DNA of 64,000 nt, from the NCBI GenBank assembly GCA_951406725.2, contig OX597825.1, positions 42,036,001 through 42,100,000 of the forward strand. The letters run 5' to 3'. Numbering within the stretch: the stretch's first letter is position 1; the number at the start of each line of letters is the position of its first letter. The stretch comes from Octopus vulgaris. Lineage: Eukaryota. A program made the position numbers and the translations under genes. The notes under the pieces were generated by a model. That model was not told where the DNA came from, did not search any database, and saw only the letters and a program-made list of their open reading frames with translations. Positions 49,595-63,339 of the stretch are shown in pieces.

Positions 49595-52500
49595 TTGTTT
49601 ATGAATTCTGCCACATGCGAGCTCTCTTTTCAGGTACATAACGCTGCTGTTCCCCGTCCCAGGGTCTCACAGGCCCATACCTCCCACACCCTCAGGGTTG
49701 GCACACTGAAAGGTAGGTCTGGTGAAATTGTTGAGATGCTTGAACGGAGATGTGTTGATATGTGCTGCATCCAAGAAGTAAGGTGGAGAGGAGGTTCCAC
49801 TAGGTTCCTCACAGGCAAAGAACACAGGTACAAGATTTTCTGGGCAGGGAACACTGACAGGGTCGGGGGCGTGGGTATACTTCTTGCAGAGAAATGGGTG
49901 GATAAGGTAATTGAGGTAGTCAGAGTATGCGACAGAATACTTAAGATTAGATTAGTGCTTCATCATGGGTTAGCAACCATTATCTCAGCATATACCCCAC
50001 AGCTGTGGCTACCCAATGAACAGAAAGACTGATTGTATGACACCCTATTGCAGACTACTGCGTTGACGAATGACAGGGACCTTCTCTTTCTCGCTGGTGA
50101 CTTCAATGGGCATGTTGGACAACATACAGGGGGCTTCTATGGCATACATGGAGGCTACGGTTTGGTTCCTGCAATCAGGTGGGAACTAGGCTGCTGGAGA
50201 TCTGTGATGCAAATGATCTTATAGTTTGCAATACTAACTTCAGGAATCCTGCCAGTCATCTAGTCACCTACCATTCTGACAGACACACTAGCCAAATTCA
50301 CTACATCCTCACCAGAAAAAGGGAAAGATGGCTGCTTATAAATGCCAAAACCTTCCCAAGTGAAGAATGTACCCAACATTATAGACTGGTAGTTAGTGAC
50401 TTCAGGATCAGGGCTAAGTGGATGCCCAGAAGAAGACCAGCATGGAGGAGAATGGTCTGGAAGCTTAAAGATCCTGCGAATTGACAGAGATTTAGAGAGA
50501 TAATAGCATTAAAGACCCGTCGTTGCTCAGTCATAGTGCTAGTGCATGTATATATGTGTACATATTACATGTACATCTATATATATATATCTACACATAG
50601 AATACAAAATACAAAGTTATATCTTGATATCGCTAGTGATAACAATACTCAAAATATATAACTGACTGGAATTGTTAGCCCGTCTCTTGTAATTTTGATC
50701 AATTGTATCTTGTCCTCCCTCTTGTATAGAAGTGTGGCTACAATCCAGCCTACCTCTACTTTGGTGGGGGTGGGGGCATTTAAAATTTTTTTGCGGGGCG
50801 TCCTACGTCCCAGATATAAAGGTAAAAATAAAATATTTCCACTTTGCAAGTTCGAGTTGACTCGAACCTTGCTTCTATTGTGGCGAATTTACCGCCTTTG
50901 ATTAGATATCTTTCATAGTCGCACCAAGACACTTTTCGAAGGTGCTTTCCTCCATGTGTTCAAATCTTCTTTTTTCTCTACATTGTATACTTTATAGACA
51001 AAAGTCTTTTCTTAAATTTAATTTTTTATTATCCATCTGGACTATTCCATTTCTGCACATTAATTTTATTTTTAATTTATTCCCATTCATGTGAAACCAC
51101 TTATTCAAGTTCAAGACATTGATGCAATTTTATACCAATTGCTATTTTTACTTTTGTTATGTTACGATTATATTATGCTTTAGTTTGATTTTAATAATTA
51201 CTTACTACATATAATTCAATTGTTATTATTATTTTTATTGTTAAAGTGAAAGTATCGGACATAAAATAGAGAAATGTTTTTGTTTCACTTTTAACACGTA
51301 ATACTGAAATAGTGGAAAAGATACGATATTGCTATGGGCTCGCTCTAGGCAAGAAGTTGAACATTTCTTTTGCACATGAAACTACATGGGCCCTAAGAAG
51401 GGCATGTGTAAAATTTGAATGAAATTGGTTGTGTAGTTCTCAAGTTTTAGGGAAACACACAGACAGACAGACACACACACATTCTCAGTTTTATATATAT
51501 AAAGATTACTTGAAGCCTTCGACGAAATAGAAGGGGATATAGCTTCACATGGGGTAGAAGACAACTGGAGGCTTCTATGGGACAACCTGCTGAGAGCCAC
51601 TGACCAGATCTGTGGTTGGTGCAAAGTCCCCTCAAAGCCCAAAATAACGTGGTGGTAGAACAATATTGTTGACAGGGTTATTAGAAAAAAGAAACAGGCT
51701 TGGAAGGACTGGAAGAACAGTGGTAGCAGGGAAGTGTATCAGACTGCCAGAAGGGAAGCTAGGAGGCAGGTGTATTTAGCCAGAGGGGAAGCAGATATGA
51801 AAAACTTTGCCAATGTTCTGTGCTGTGAGGACGAAAGACTTGAGGTATTTCATGTAGCAAGACAGTATGTGAGAGAGAATCGTGATGTGGTAGGAGAGAA
51901 ATGCGTTTGCATGCATCACGGTTCACTTGTGCTAAATAAAGATGCAAAGAGAGAGATTTTGAGACGCCACTATGAAAGGTTGCTGAATAAAGAAAATGGA
52001 TGGGATAAGGAGAGTCTGCTGAATGTCGACACAACAGAGGGGCCAGCTATCCGTGTTGACAGTTCCTTGGTAGTCAAGGCAATTAGAAGCATGAAGACAG
52101 GGAAAGCCGCCAGCCCATCAGGAATTACTGCAGAGATGCTCAAAATATCTGGCAGTGTCGGCTATAGCCTAGTCACCCATATAACTAACCAGGTGATACA
52201 CGAAAGAGTCATACCCAATGACTAGTGTAGCAGCAGAATAGTTAACTGCTACAAAGGTAAAGGTGACGCCCTAGATACAAATAATTACAGAGGTATCAAA
52301 CTGTTGGATCAGGTAATGAAGATTATGGAGAGGGTCATAGCCCAACTTATTAGGGAGAGAGTCAACTTGGATGAGATGCAGTTTGGTTTCATGCCAGGAA
52401 AAAGTACCACTGATGCCATATTTCTGGTAAGACAGCTGCAGGAGAAATACCTAGCCAAAGATAAGGCCCTGTACCTGGCTTTGGTTGACATGGAGAAAGC

Positions 52501-54235
52501 CTTTGACAGGGTCCCCCGATCCCTTATCTGGTGGTCAATGAGGAAACTAGGGATAGATGAATGGTTAGTGAGAGCTGTGCAAGCCATGTACAGGGACACT
52601 GTAAGTAAGGTAAGGGTTGGCAATGAGTACACTGAAGAATTCATTGTAGAGGTAGGGGTCCATCAGGGTTCAGTCCTCAGCCCCCTCCTATTTATCATAG
52701 TCCTCCAGGCAATAACAGAGGAATTCAGGACAGGATGCCCCTGGGAGCTCCTCTATGCTGATGATGTTGCTCTAATTGCTGAGTCACTATCAGTACTAGA
52801 GGAGAAGTTCCAGGTATGGAAACAAGGATTAGAATCAAAGGGACTTAGAGACAACCTAGCTAAAACCAAAGTCCTAATAAGTAGGAAGGTAGACAAACCA
52901 CAAATTCCTTCAGGTAAGTGGCTCTGCTCAATCTGTAGAAAAGGCATGTGTAGAAACTCCATAAGATGTACCCAGTGTAAGCTATGGACACATAAGAGGT
53001 GCAGCAATATCAAAGGAAGGCTAAGTGGGAAGATAGTTTTTGTATGTGGCAGATGCTCAGGAGCAATAAAGACTGAAAATGTGCAGAGAACAACTTTTGC
53101 CACATTCCAGGGAGAACAGCTAGAAGTAGTTGATAGCTTCCATCACCTAGGTGACCAAGTTAGTAGTGGAGGAGGGTGCATTGAAAGTGTAGCTACTAGA
53201 ATATGAATAGCCTGGGCAAAGTTCAGAGAGCTCTTACCTCTGCTGGGGACTAAGGGCTTCTCGCTCAGAGTAAAAGGTAGACTGTATGACACATGTATAC
53301 GAACAGCCATGCTACATGGCAGTGGAACACGGGCTGTGATTGCTGAGGACATGTGTAAGCTCGCAAGGAATGAAGCCAGTATTCTCCGATGGATGTGTAA
53401 TGTCAGTGTGCATACATGACAGAGTGTAAGTACCTTGAGAGAATTTGGACCTAAGAAGCGTCAGATGTGGTGTGCAAGTGAGACGACTGTGCTGGTATGG
53501 TCATGTGGCAAGAATGGATGAGGATAGCTGTGTGAAAACGTGCCACACCCTAGCGGATGAGGAAGCCTCTGGAATAGGTAGACCCAGGAAGACCTGGGAT
53601 GAGGTCATGAAGCACGACATTCGAACATTAGGCCTCACTGAGGCAATGACTAGTGACTGAGACTTTTGGAAATATGCTGCGTTTGAGAAGACCCAGCAAG
53701 CCAAATGAGACCATTACCTCATGGTCTATGCCAGGGGTGTAACCAGCTCAATTATGTGTACCTTTCCTTCTTTGGATACTAAACTATGCTTGTAAAGACC
53801 TTTTGAGGCAAGTGAAATCGAAATCAAATTCGATTACTGTCATCCGTGCTAGTGGATCCCTAAGAGCACCATCCGAGCGTGATCATTGCCAGAGCAGCTA
53901 ATTGGCTTCCATGCCGGTGGCACATAAAAAGCACCATTCATGTTTGATCGTTACCAGCGTTGCCTTACTGGCACTTGTGCCGGTGGCACATGAAAATAAC
54001 ATTCAAGCGAGGTCATTGCCAGTACCGCCTGACTGGCACTCATGCTGGTGGCATGTAAAAGCACCCACTACACTCACAGAGTGGTTGGCGTTAGGAAGGG
54101 CATCCACTTGTAGAAAGTCTGCCAGATCAGATTGGAGCCTGGTGCAGCCAACTGGTTCACCAGTCCTCAGTCAAATCATCCAATCCATGCTAGCATGTAA
54201 AGTGGACGTTAAACTACGATGATGATGATGATGAT
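49595..54235 (+). mobile_element. Near full-length RTE LINE family A (APE endonuclease, RT, PHD finger, repeated 3'UTR, (GAT)n tail), pseudogenised
   Basis: APE: CCIQEVRW, GVGILL, AGDFNGHVG; RT: DMEKAFDRV, HQGSVLSPLLF, LYADD; GRPRKTW; scattered stops and frameshifts. Confidence 0.96.
50503..51505 (-). mobile_element. Complete non-autonomous Helitron H1 (~1 kb) inside the RTE ORF
   Basis: Minus strand A|TCtttatatat...actgagcaacgacgggt (hairpin) ctttaatgCTAT|T; excision restores gagata-ttacttgaa (FREILLEAF); no TSD. Confidence 0.9.
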
Positions 54236-55557
54236 TTAAAGACAAAGTGATAATCCTTGCAGTGGAAACACTCTTCCTCACCTATGCCAAAAAAGGCCAA
54301 GGTCGTTTCATCTGCAGAGAAGGTAATGGCCTCAGTTAATTTGGAATACAAAGAGCTATTTTCAAAAGGGCCACACCATCGATGGAGAGTACTATGTCAA
54401 CTTGCTGAGATAGTTACAAAAAGTTATCAAGACCAAACATCCAGAGAAACTGATAAAGGGTTTTTTTATTTCATCATAACAATGCTCCAGTTCACAAGTC
54501 CTTGGTTTCAATGTGAGTAGCTGTGGATTTGAACTGGTTGATCACCCTCCCTACACCCCTGATTTGGCCCCATCTGACTATCATCTGTTGCCCAACATGA
54601 TAAAACACTTAGATGGGAACCAATATTGCAGTGATAATGACAACATATCTGTTGCTGATGACTTTTTTGACCAACAGGATGATAGCTTTTTCATTAATCA
54701 GGTCCAAACACTGCAATACCAATGAAAGAAGTGTATGGACCACAAGGGGAAACTATTTTGAAAAATAAACCCCATTTGGTCACATTCCATGAGAATATGT
54801 TGGTCAGCCAAGGAACTTTCAGCTGACCCTTAGACATGCTACATGTGATAAAGTTACATGTGTGCTACTGTTAATCCATGAAGTGACCACTGGGCACTTT
54901 AAATGTGTGAAAGGGGGATAGGTTTAGCCAATTAACTTGCTTTACTTGACTGGTACTTTATTGTATCAAGCCAAGAAAGATGAAATACAATGTTCACTAC
55001 AACAAGATTTGAATTTATAAAAATAAAGAGCTGTAACTATATGCCTGGCTTTTATATTTGTAACAAACTCTTTTTTCTATGACTACTCAGTCAAATTTAA
55101 GTTTTTTTTCTTTTAACTGATTTCAGTCACTGGCCTATGACCATGCCTTGAAAGATATACTCCATTAAACTGACACAAATACTTATTCTTAATTTTGATA
55201 CCAAAACAGACACAGAAGGATGGTGCAGGCTCCTGCCTGGCCAGCTCCTGTCAAACCATTCAACCCATGCCATCATGGAAGGGGGACATTAAAGATGATA
55301 ATACTTATTCTGCTGTTGTCTTTTCTTGTCAAACCTCTAAGTTGCAGAGATATAAACTGTTATTAAGCACTGAGAAAGATAAACACACATGCATGGTCTT
55401 CTGCACAGTTTCCATCTACTAAATTCACTCACATGCCATTGGCTGATCTCTGGTTATAGGAGACCAAGCCTGAAAGTGTGGTTGAAAAGCAATCTTTCAA
55501 TTAAGTCTAAAATTCTTTGAGAGACATTGTAAGAAGTAATGGTTATAATATTTTGTC

Positions 55558-55805
55558 AGTGAGCTGACAGGATTGTGAGCATGCTGGGCAAAATGTTTAA
55601 CAGCATTTCACCTATTTCCATTCATCATCATCATCATTGTCATTATCATCATCATCATCATCCTGAATTCAAATTCTGCTGAACATGACTTTGCCTTTTA
55701 TCCATTCAGGATCGATAAAATAAGTGCCAGTTGAATACTGGAGTCAATGTTATCATCTTACCACCTCCCTGAAATTGCTAGCATTGGACCAAAATTTGAA
55801 ACCAA
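55558..55805 (+). mobile_element. SINE family B with internal (CAT)n
   Basis: gagctgacagg...gactttgccttttatccattcaggatcgataaaataagt. Confidence 0.75.
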
Positions 55806-56834
55806 TAACCATTAGTTTTGTAAGTCAAGAGAAAGACTCCAAACTGGAAACCAAAACAAGGTAACCGGTTTGATTTGTCAATGATTTTAGCAGCAGTACA
55901 ATGAGCATCTCTCAAATTTTAATATAAAACATTCATAACAGATTTGAACTATTCCTATTTAGTTTCACTACACCCAAGATAACTGCTCCCAAATCAGATT
56001 CACACCAATCTGCTTTTATTACTTTGTTCCAAACATACTTTAGGAGTGTCATTTGTCTGCCATTCTATATAAATGTTCAGAAACCAGATGGAATTTTACT
56101 TGTAGATATTGCATTGTAAAATTATTGGTTGGAGATGTTCCATTTAATTTACCTACTTATGAGGTGTAAGGAATACCAAAATTCGCAATAACAGTTCAAC
56201 ACTATGAGTGAATGACTAAATATATGAGTATTGTTTTTTCCTTTTTATCAATATCTGCCTAATTTTATGTAGTATATAGGAATCCCAGTTTCAAATATGA
56301 ACTGATAGAAATAACTTGTTCAATATCGCATTACATCTATAACGATAGTTATTAAGAACTTAGATATGAGTAAAATTGAGATTATTACTCTCATTTGATA
56401 AATAGGATGAGAATATATCCTAAGATTATGAATATCGACTTCTATAATTCCTGCAATAATAATTTCTCTGTAGGCCAATTTTGAAAAGATTATCAATATT
56501 AGCAGCATTGGCATTTTCATAAAAGAGAGATGGTTGCAATCATTTTGGATGGGATATTAGAAAGATGCAAAAGATATAAAATTATTTTGTGCTTATTATG
56601 GCAATGGAGTAGTTTAAGTTAATTAAAAAAAATCAAAAACTATTATTTTTTACTAAACAGCAATATAATTAAAGCAGAAGTATTTGATTACAGTATCAAC
56701 TGTTATTCAAATAAAGTAGATTTTTTTTTTTGTAATTTTTGTTAAACTCTATACTTATTTAAGGCTTCAACTAGTGGTGATTTTTTTTCTTTTAGAGAAT
56801 GTATTATCTCTTCAGCAATCATTCCAAGTATTTT

Positions 56835-57012
56835 TACCTTTTTTTTTTATTTGTTTCAGTCATTTGACTAAGTTCATGCTGGGGCACTGCCTTAAAGGGT
56901 TTAAACAGGCAAATTGACCCTGGAACTTATTCTTTTCTAAAGCTTAGTACTTATTCTATCAGTTGCTTTTTGTCAAACTGATAGAATAAGTACTACATAA
57001 ATACATAAATAT

Positions 57013-57076
<64 letters not shown>

Positions 57077-57212
57077 GGCTTCTTTCAGTTTCCATCTACC
57101 AAATTCACTCAGAAGGCTTTGGTCAACCCAAGGCTATAGTTGCTCAAGGTGCCCCACAGTGGCACTGAACATGGAACCATGTGGTTGGGAAGCAAGCTTC
57201 TTACCACACAGC
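56835..57212 (-). mobile_element. SINE family A
   Basis: Reverse complement of the 45571-45940 copy. Confidence 0.85.
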
Positions 57213-58504
57213 CTAAAACTTCTGAATATATGATTGTGTGCTGAAGAAGTTTGCTTTACAGTCATGTGATTCCAGACTATTTTTACTGTATAGTACCTTG
57301 GATAAGTTTCTTCTATCATGGCCAATACTTTTTAGGTGAAATTTGGTATTTGAAAACTATTCATACGTCCATCAACTGAAAATATGAATTTGATGTGGAT
57401 GGAACAATTAGGAGAGCATTGGACAAAATGGCTTGTAGTATTTGGTAACCTCCCTTTTAAATTCTGAGTTTTTACCCCACTTGTTATGTGACACAGAAAG
57501 TATTTCCATAAGTCAAATAGCTAAGAAACCTTCATATGTGTTGCACCTGAATTAGCAGAGTAATGATTTTCAGCAGTTTTAAAGTAGACATGATCAATAA
57601 CATCACATAGTATGGTGTACATTTCTATTAAGTCTTGAATGGCTTTGCTAGAAGTTCTAATGCAAAATCTTTTGTCTGATAAGATACTCTAAAGTAGAGA
57701 TAACTTTATTAACCCATTAATACATAGTGTCAGGACAATCAGATAATTAAGCAGTATGAAGTTGATATTGGTTCCAATCAATTGTAGAATGAAAACTTAT
57801 CATTATGTATTTATGAAATATTACACTCTTCATTATCCCATTTCTAATGACTTCTTCTTCTAAGACTTAATAAAAAGACATTATCCAGATAAGCAGTTTA
57901 AGATAATGCAGTTAAATTAATAAAACTGTAGCAGTTAATTTCAGAATATATGAGAATTCATTTTCATTAATTGAATTAAATTGATAAACCATTGATTCAA
58001 CTATTATATAATATGTAAATTTGTGACAATATTTGATAAACTCGTATTGTCAAAAATATTTTCAGCAGTACCATTCAGTTGTCTTGTGCTAATTTTCATA
58101 TTCTCTGAGGTAGGTGGCTTGCAAAAGCTTCAAATCTCCCTCAAATTACACCTTAGTATTTTCTGAAAGAGGGAAGGCAATGAATAACGTTGTTCCAAAC
58201 ACAATATGTCTGAAACAGAATTCTCACAACACAATCTAAGCTACACAACCAGCCATATCCTAACTCAACAACCAATTTGCAGTTAGAGACATCTCTAATA
58301 TTTCACTGAATAAGTATAACATTCACCAATGATATCCAAACAAATTACACATTAATTTCAGAGAAAATTTTCAAGACCAGGTACTACTACTACTTTGCTC
58401 ATTAATTCAAAACTAGAGATATAATTAATTCCACCATGCAATCTCACACTGTCAGAGCATGCAAATATAGGGTAATTATAAATTCCCCCACAATCTGGAA
58501 TATT

Positions 58505-58714
58505 CTTTTCTACTCTAGGCACAAGGCCCAAAATTTTTAGGGAGGAGGCCAGTCGATTAGATCTATTCCAGTATGCAACTGGTACTTGAGTTTTTTAACT
58601 CAAAAGTATGGAAGGCAAAGTCGTCCTCAGCAGAATTTGGACTAAGAACATAAAGACAAAATACCACTAAGCATTTTACCCAGCACACTAACATTTCTGC
58701 CAGCTCACTGACTT
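58505..58714 (-). mobile_element. SINE family B, full length with 15-bp TSD
   Basis: acaatctggaatatt at 58490-58504 and 58715-58729. Confidence 0.9.
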
Positions 58715-58999
58715 ACAATCTGGAATATTGTAGATACTGCATCACTATTTCATATCCAATATTCTTCTTTTCCTTATCCCATTTCCGATGTTCTCTTCTA
58801 AACTTTAAGAGAACAACATTATCTTGAAAAGATGCAAGAAAGACTTTCACTCCACCAGCCATTCAGCTACTATTTTAGGTTTGTAAGCTGGAGAAAGACA
58901 ACTTTGAGTAGCAAAATGCTGGAAGCTGGAACTAGAAACACACACCTACCTATTCATGCATATGTACAGAAGCACACACACATGTGGGTGTATATGTGT

Positions 59000-59790
59000 C
59001 ATCATCATCATCTTCATCATCATGAAGTATGGGTTGGACGGTTTGACTGAGCGCTGGCGAGCCAGAAGGCTGCACCAGGCTCCAATCAGATCTGGCAAAG
59101 TTTCTACAGCTGGATATCCTTCCTAACGCCAACCACTCCGAGAGAGTAGTGTGTGCTTTTACATGCCACCAGCACAAGGACCAGTCAAGCAGTACTGGTA
59201 TCAGCCATGCTTAAATGGTGTTTTCAATGTACCAACAGCATAGGAGCCAGTCTGGCAGCATTGGCAATGACCACACTTCAATGGTGCTTTTTATATGCCA
59301 CTGGCATGGGTGCCAATCAGGCAGTACTGTCATCGGCCACGACAGCGATTTCACTTGCTTCAACAGGTCTTTGCAAGTGTAGTTTATTGTCTAATGATTG
59401 AAAGGTACTCTTAAATGGGCTGGTTATACAACACTGGCATAGGCCACAGTTATGGTCCCACTTGGCTTGCTGGGTCTTCTCAAGCACAGCATATCTCCAA
59501 AGGTCTCGGTCACTTGTCATTGCCTCAGTGAGGCCCAATGTTTGAAGATCATGCTTCACCACCTCATCCCAAGTCCTCCTGGGTATACTTCTTCCACAGG
59601 TTCCCTTAACTGTTAGGGTGTGGCATTTTTTCACACATCTGTCCTCATCCATTCTTGCCACATGACCATACCAGCGCAGTCGTCTCTTTTGCACACCACA
59701 TCTGATGCTTCTTAAGTCCAACTTTTCTCTCGGGGCACTTACACTCTGTCGTGTATGCACACTGACATTACACATCCAGCGGAGCATATC
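59000..59790 (-). mobile_element. RTE family A 3' fragment
   Basis: ORF 59317-59841 RRLRWYGHVARM...PRRTWDEV. Confidence 0.92.
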
Positions 59791-59907
59791 GGTGTGTGGA
59801 TGTATATATATATACATACACACACACACACATACACACATACATATATGTGTTTATATGTACATGTATACATGAAATAAACTTATATACATATATTGTA
59901 TATATAG

Positions 59908-60250
59908 GTGCAGGCATGTCTGTGTGGCAAGAAGTTTGCTTCCCAACTACATGGTTCCATGTTCAGTCCTACATTGTGGCACCTTGAACAAGTGCTTTCT
60001 ACTCTAGCCTCAGGCCACCAAAAGCCTTGTGAAAGAAGTGCATTGTATATATATATTTGTGTATATGTCTTTGATATCAGTGTGTTAATATCCACAAAAC
60101 TAGTGGTTCAGCAAAAGAGACTGACATAATAAGTACCAGGAATACAAAGAATAAGTCCTGGGGTCGATTTCTTCAACTAAAATCCTTCAAGGTGGTGCTC
60201 CAGCATGGCTGCACTCAAATAACTGAAACAAGTAAAAGAATAAAAGAATA
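59908..60250 (+). mobile_element. SINE family A, diverged
   Basis: Head, CORE-like segment and gtaaaaga tail are recognisable. Confidence 0.8.
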
Positions 60251-60989
60251 TATTTCTATACCTTAGTATCAACTTGGAGCAATGTTGACTACATTATAAA
60301 CATCATAAAACCTGTATTTCGATAAAATACCATTTTTCAACAATGTTGAAATGAAGTATGGGAAGAAGAATATATCTGTTTCATTAGACTGACAACTCTC
60401 AACATGCTAACATTGATGTTTGTCAAAAGACCACATGTGTAGCAATGTGAAATTTTGGGCTGAGACTGTTTTCCATGTGGTTGTGACATGCAAATGACAA
60501 AATGGGTTGTGTGAAACACAGTGATTCTAAAGCATGTCTAACATAGTTGCTGCACCTTATTTAATAGCAAATGATTGATTTGTATTTCCCTTTCAAAATT
60601 GCTTCTTTGTTCTGCTGATTTCCAAAGTCTGTGATGGCCTTGTTCATGTTCTATTTGTCCAGATTTTATATGAATGCTGACTGCATGTGTAATTATTTTT
60701 CCTGGTTCAGATGGGTAATATTTGAATCATGATGTCTATCTAATATTTGTGCTGTTTAGTGCTCTGTATCTGATACACAATGTAAGTTTACAAGCACGTG
60801 AGGATTACAGATAAAGCAGTTTATTAGTTTATTAGTGATTATTGGTTACTGTTGCCCAGAGATAGGATTTCTCTATAGGGTAGACCTTACACACACACAC
60901 ACACACACGCATGCACACACACACACAAACACACACGAGTAGAGTTGGGAAATGAAAGAAATAGCAATGAACACATTTGGAATTTCAAA

Positions 60990-62990
60990 CATCAAATAGC
61001 AGGTTGATTCAGCTCTGCATTACATAAAGCTTCAGGAGTGCAAAAGATGTCCACATCTTACATGAGTGAAATTAGAGTGGAGAGAATTTAGAAGAAATTT
61101 AAACATGGCCTATTATTCACCTGGCTTGTCAAACATACTGACATGTAACCTCAGACTATTAATCTTGTTACTTTGCCACAAGGAAACGCTTGGTGTTGTC
61201 AAGTTATATATAAAATCATGTAACAACCCAGATGATAGTAAGCCACAGTTATAATGTGCTAAGTAAGCAATAATTTTTCTGTGGCTGACAGAGATTATAT
61301 ACCATATATCACTATGTGGACCAGCTAAATCTTGGGTGAAATTTGCAGATTTTTGGGGTGTACCTCTGGTGACAATAAGATAGTTTGGCTTATCTGCTGG
61401 TGACTATTACATGCTGCTGGAGTATGTGCAGTTTCTCGTGAAGTCAGATTTGGTAATTATTAGTCATGTTATGTTGGTTGCGTCATTCCCTTGGTTTCTG
61501 AGTTTCCAAATGAAGCAGAACAGAGAGGTGGAAATTTTCTTGTTCCTACACCTGAAGACGTGCGGGTGTTGTGTAAATCTTTTCTTAAAATCATTGGTTG
61601 TTATGCCCATGTGTTACATGAAGCTATCACATGGTGTCAAGTTGTTTCTATAGAGCAGGGCGCTTTTACAGGGCCAGTTTATTAGAAGTTAGGCAGTTAC
61701 AGGTTGGACTATGTGGATGCTAATCTGCTTTTGTACAATGCAAGAAGTAATATTATCTAAGAATGAGTTGTTAACTTTGACGTTGTAGGAAGAGTTTATG
61801 ATATCTATAGATTCTTGGGAAATGCTATCTCATTAATACCAGAAGGTACCTAGCTATAATAGTAGAAATATCTAAACTGAATGGAGGATTTAACAAGAAT
61901 ATTTTTCCTTTCTAATTCTTTATTGGATGTAGGATGGAGATAAAATCCACTCCTCTCTGTATCTGGTTCTAATAATATGTGGTTCAGTTGCAAATCTTTC
62001 TATCTTGTGAGAGATTGGAGATACCTTTCTGATACCAGTGACCAGGTTCCTAGTTACAGCTTTGGTGTGAAGATTCCTATAAATATAAACAATTTCATCA
62101 CTATGCTCTTTATAGAGCTGGTACTTACCTGTCTCTAGGTCTAGAGTTACTTGCAGAAAGTTGACTTTTGTTAATTTGGTAGCAATGGTTATACTTCCAC
62201 CAAAATATTGAAGAGATTTATAAAATTTTCCCTGCAGTTATGCATATTTTGACCATTCATATAGATTGAGATTGCCAAGCAGTCATCCTTGCACAAAGCC
62301 AAACTGTGAAGGCATGTATGTTTTTTCTTAATGGTATCCAAAATAAATAACCCAACAATGTCACAGAACTCAACCCTGTCATAGCACCAAATGGATATGG
62401 TGGGTAGAAGTACTTTTAACTGTTTAACCAGTAGGAATATGTGTGAAGCTGGAGCAACTTCCAGGCATTAATATGGATTTTGATATTGAGACTGTTAGGG
62501 CCTTCAAGAGAAGAGATCTCAGTATTAAAGGATAGAAATTTATATCAAACTGGGTTAATTTACAGTTTGCTTTTTTCTTGATGTAGCAGAAGCAGTTAAT
62601 TACAACAACAATGCCATTAACTTTGTAGCCATTCTGATATTTTAGAGTTGATAACATTGATAATACATTTATTTATAATATTTATCTTACTTTTAGCATT
62701 TGATTGGCCTGCATTTAGGATTTGAAAGATGGTTGAACTTGAGATCATTAATCATAATAAAGGAAGGGGCGTGGTAAAGTGGTTCACATCATCTATCTTT
62801 AAGAGAATGGCTAACTTTTTCACTTCATTGTTTGTGTCAATATATTTTGAGATGTAAGCTTTCTATTATGTTTTGGTTATGGGGTTTGTGAGAAGTCTAT
62901 TGTGTGTGGAGATATTTGTTTCATATTCTTTGATTTGTTGGTGGGAATGTCGAAATTAAATAATGCAATTTTTAAGATTACCTTTCTGTG
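60990..62990 (-). mobile_element. Decayed Penelope-like reverse transcriptase
   Basis: NPKCRPI; QFDI.FYP; CYD...CDIVGLFILD; LCKDDCLA (YRDDGL); KVNFLQVTLDLETGKY. Confidence 0.78.
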
Positions 62991-63339
62991 TGATAAATGT
63001 TAATGCAAAATATCAACCCCTACAGAATAACTGATGTAACATTCTGATGCTGAATAACTGATGCAAACATTGTGTCTGCCTATCACCTGAATTATAAATG
63101 AAAGAACTGCTGTTGTTAGCGAACTGAAGTATCTATGAACTCTGAACTGAAGAATGGAGGTCGAAATATTCCTACCAAAGCCATTTTAATATTGTACATT
63201 TTCTCCACCTTTATTCCACCTTTATTCTGAGACAAAAGAGTCAACCTGTCACATACGTGTAAATATGTGTGTCTATGTACGTACACTTTTACTTGTTTCA
63301 GCTAGAAGTTATGATCATGCTTGGGTAGTGCCATTGATG

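Larger units (their letters stand above)
49095..54833 (+). mobile_element. Mariner element split by the RTE (49095-49540 and 54236-54833)
   Basis: MDKIWHCGVIK..; QWKHSSSPMPKKAKVVSSAEKVMASV; HPPYTPDLAPSDYHL (YSPDLAPxD); degenerate TIRs. Confidence 0.85.

Noticed and set aside
53860-54075. Repeat-spacer pattern resembling a CRISPR array
   Set aside because: Degenerate modules inside a LINE 3'UTR in eukaryotic DNA, with no cas genes.
56330-56640. Possible Penelope GIY-YIG C-terminal remnant (ILERCKRYK..CLL)
   Set aside because: Too degenerate to call without an HMM search.
63135-63175. ctgaaga...gaaatatt hammerhead-like motif
   Set aside because: No stem II and poor stem I; at best a deleted remnant.
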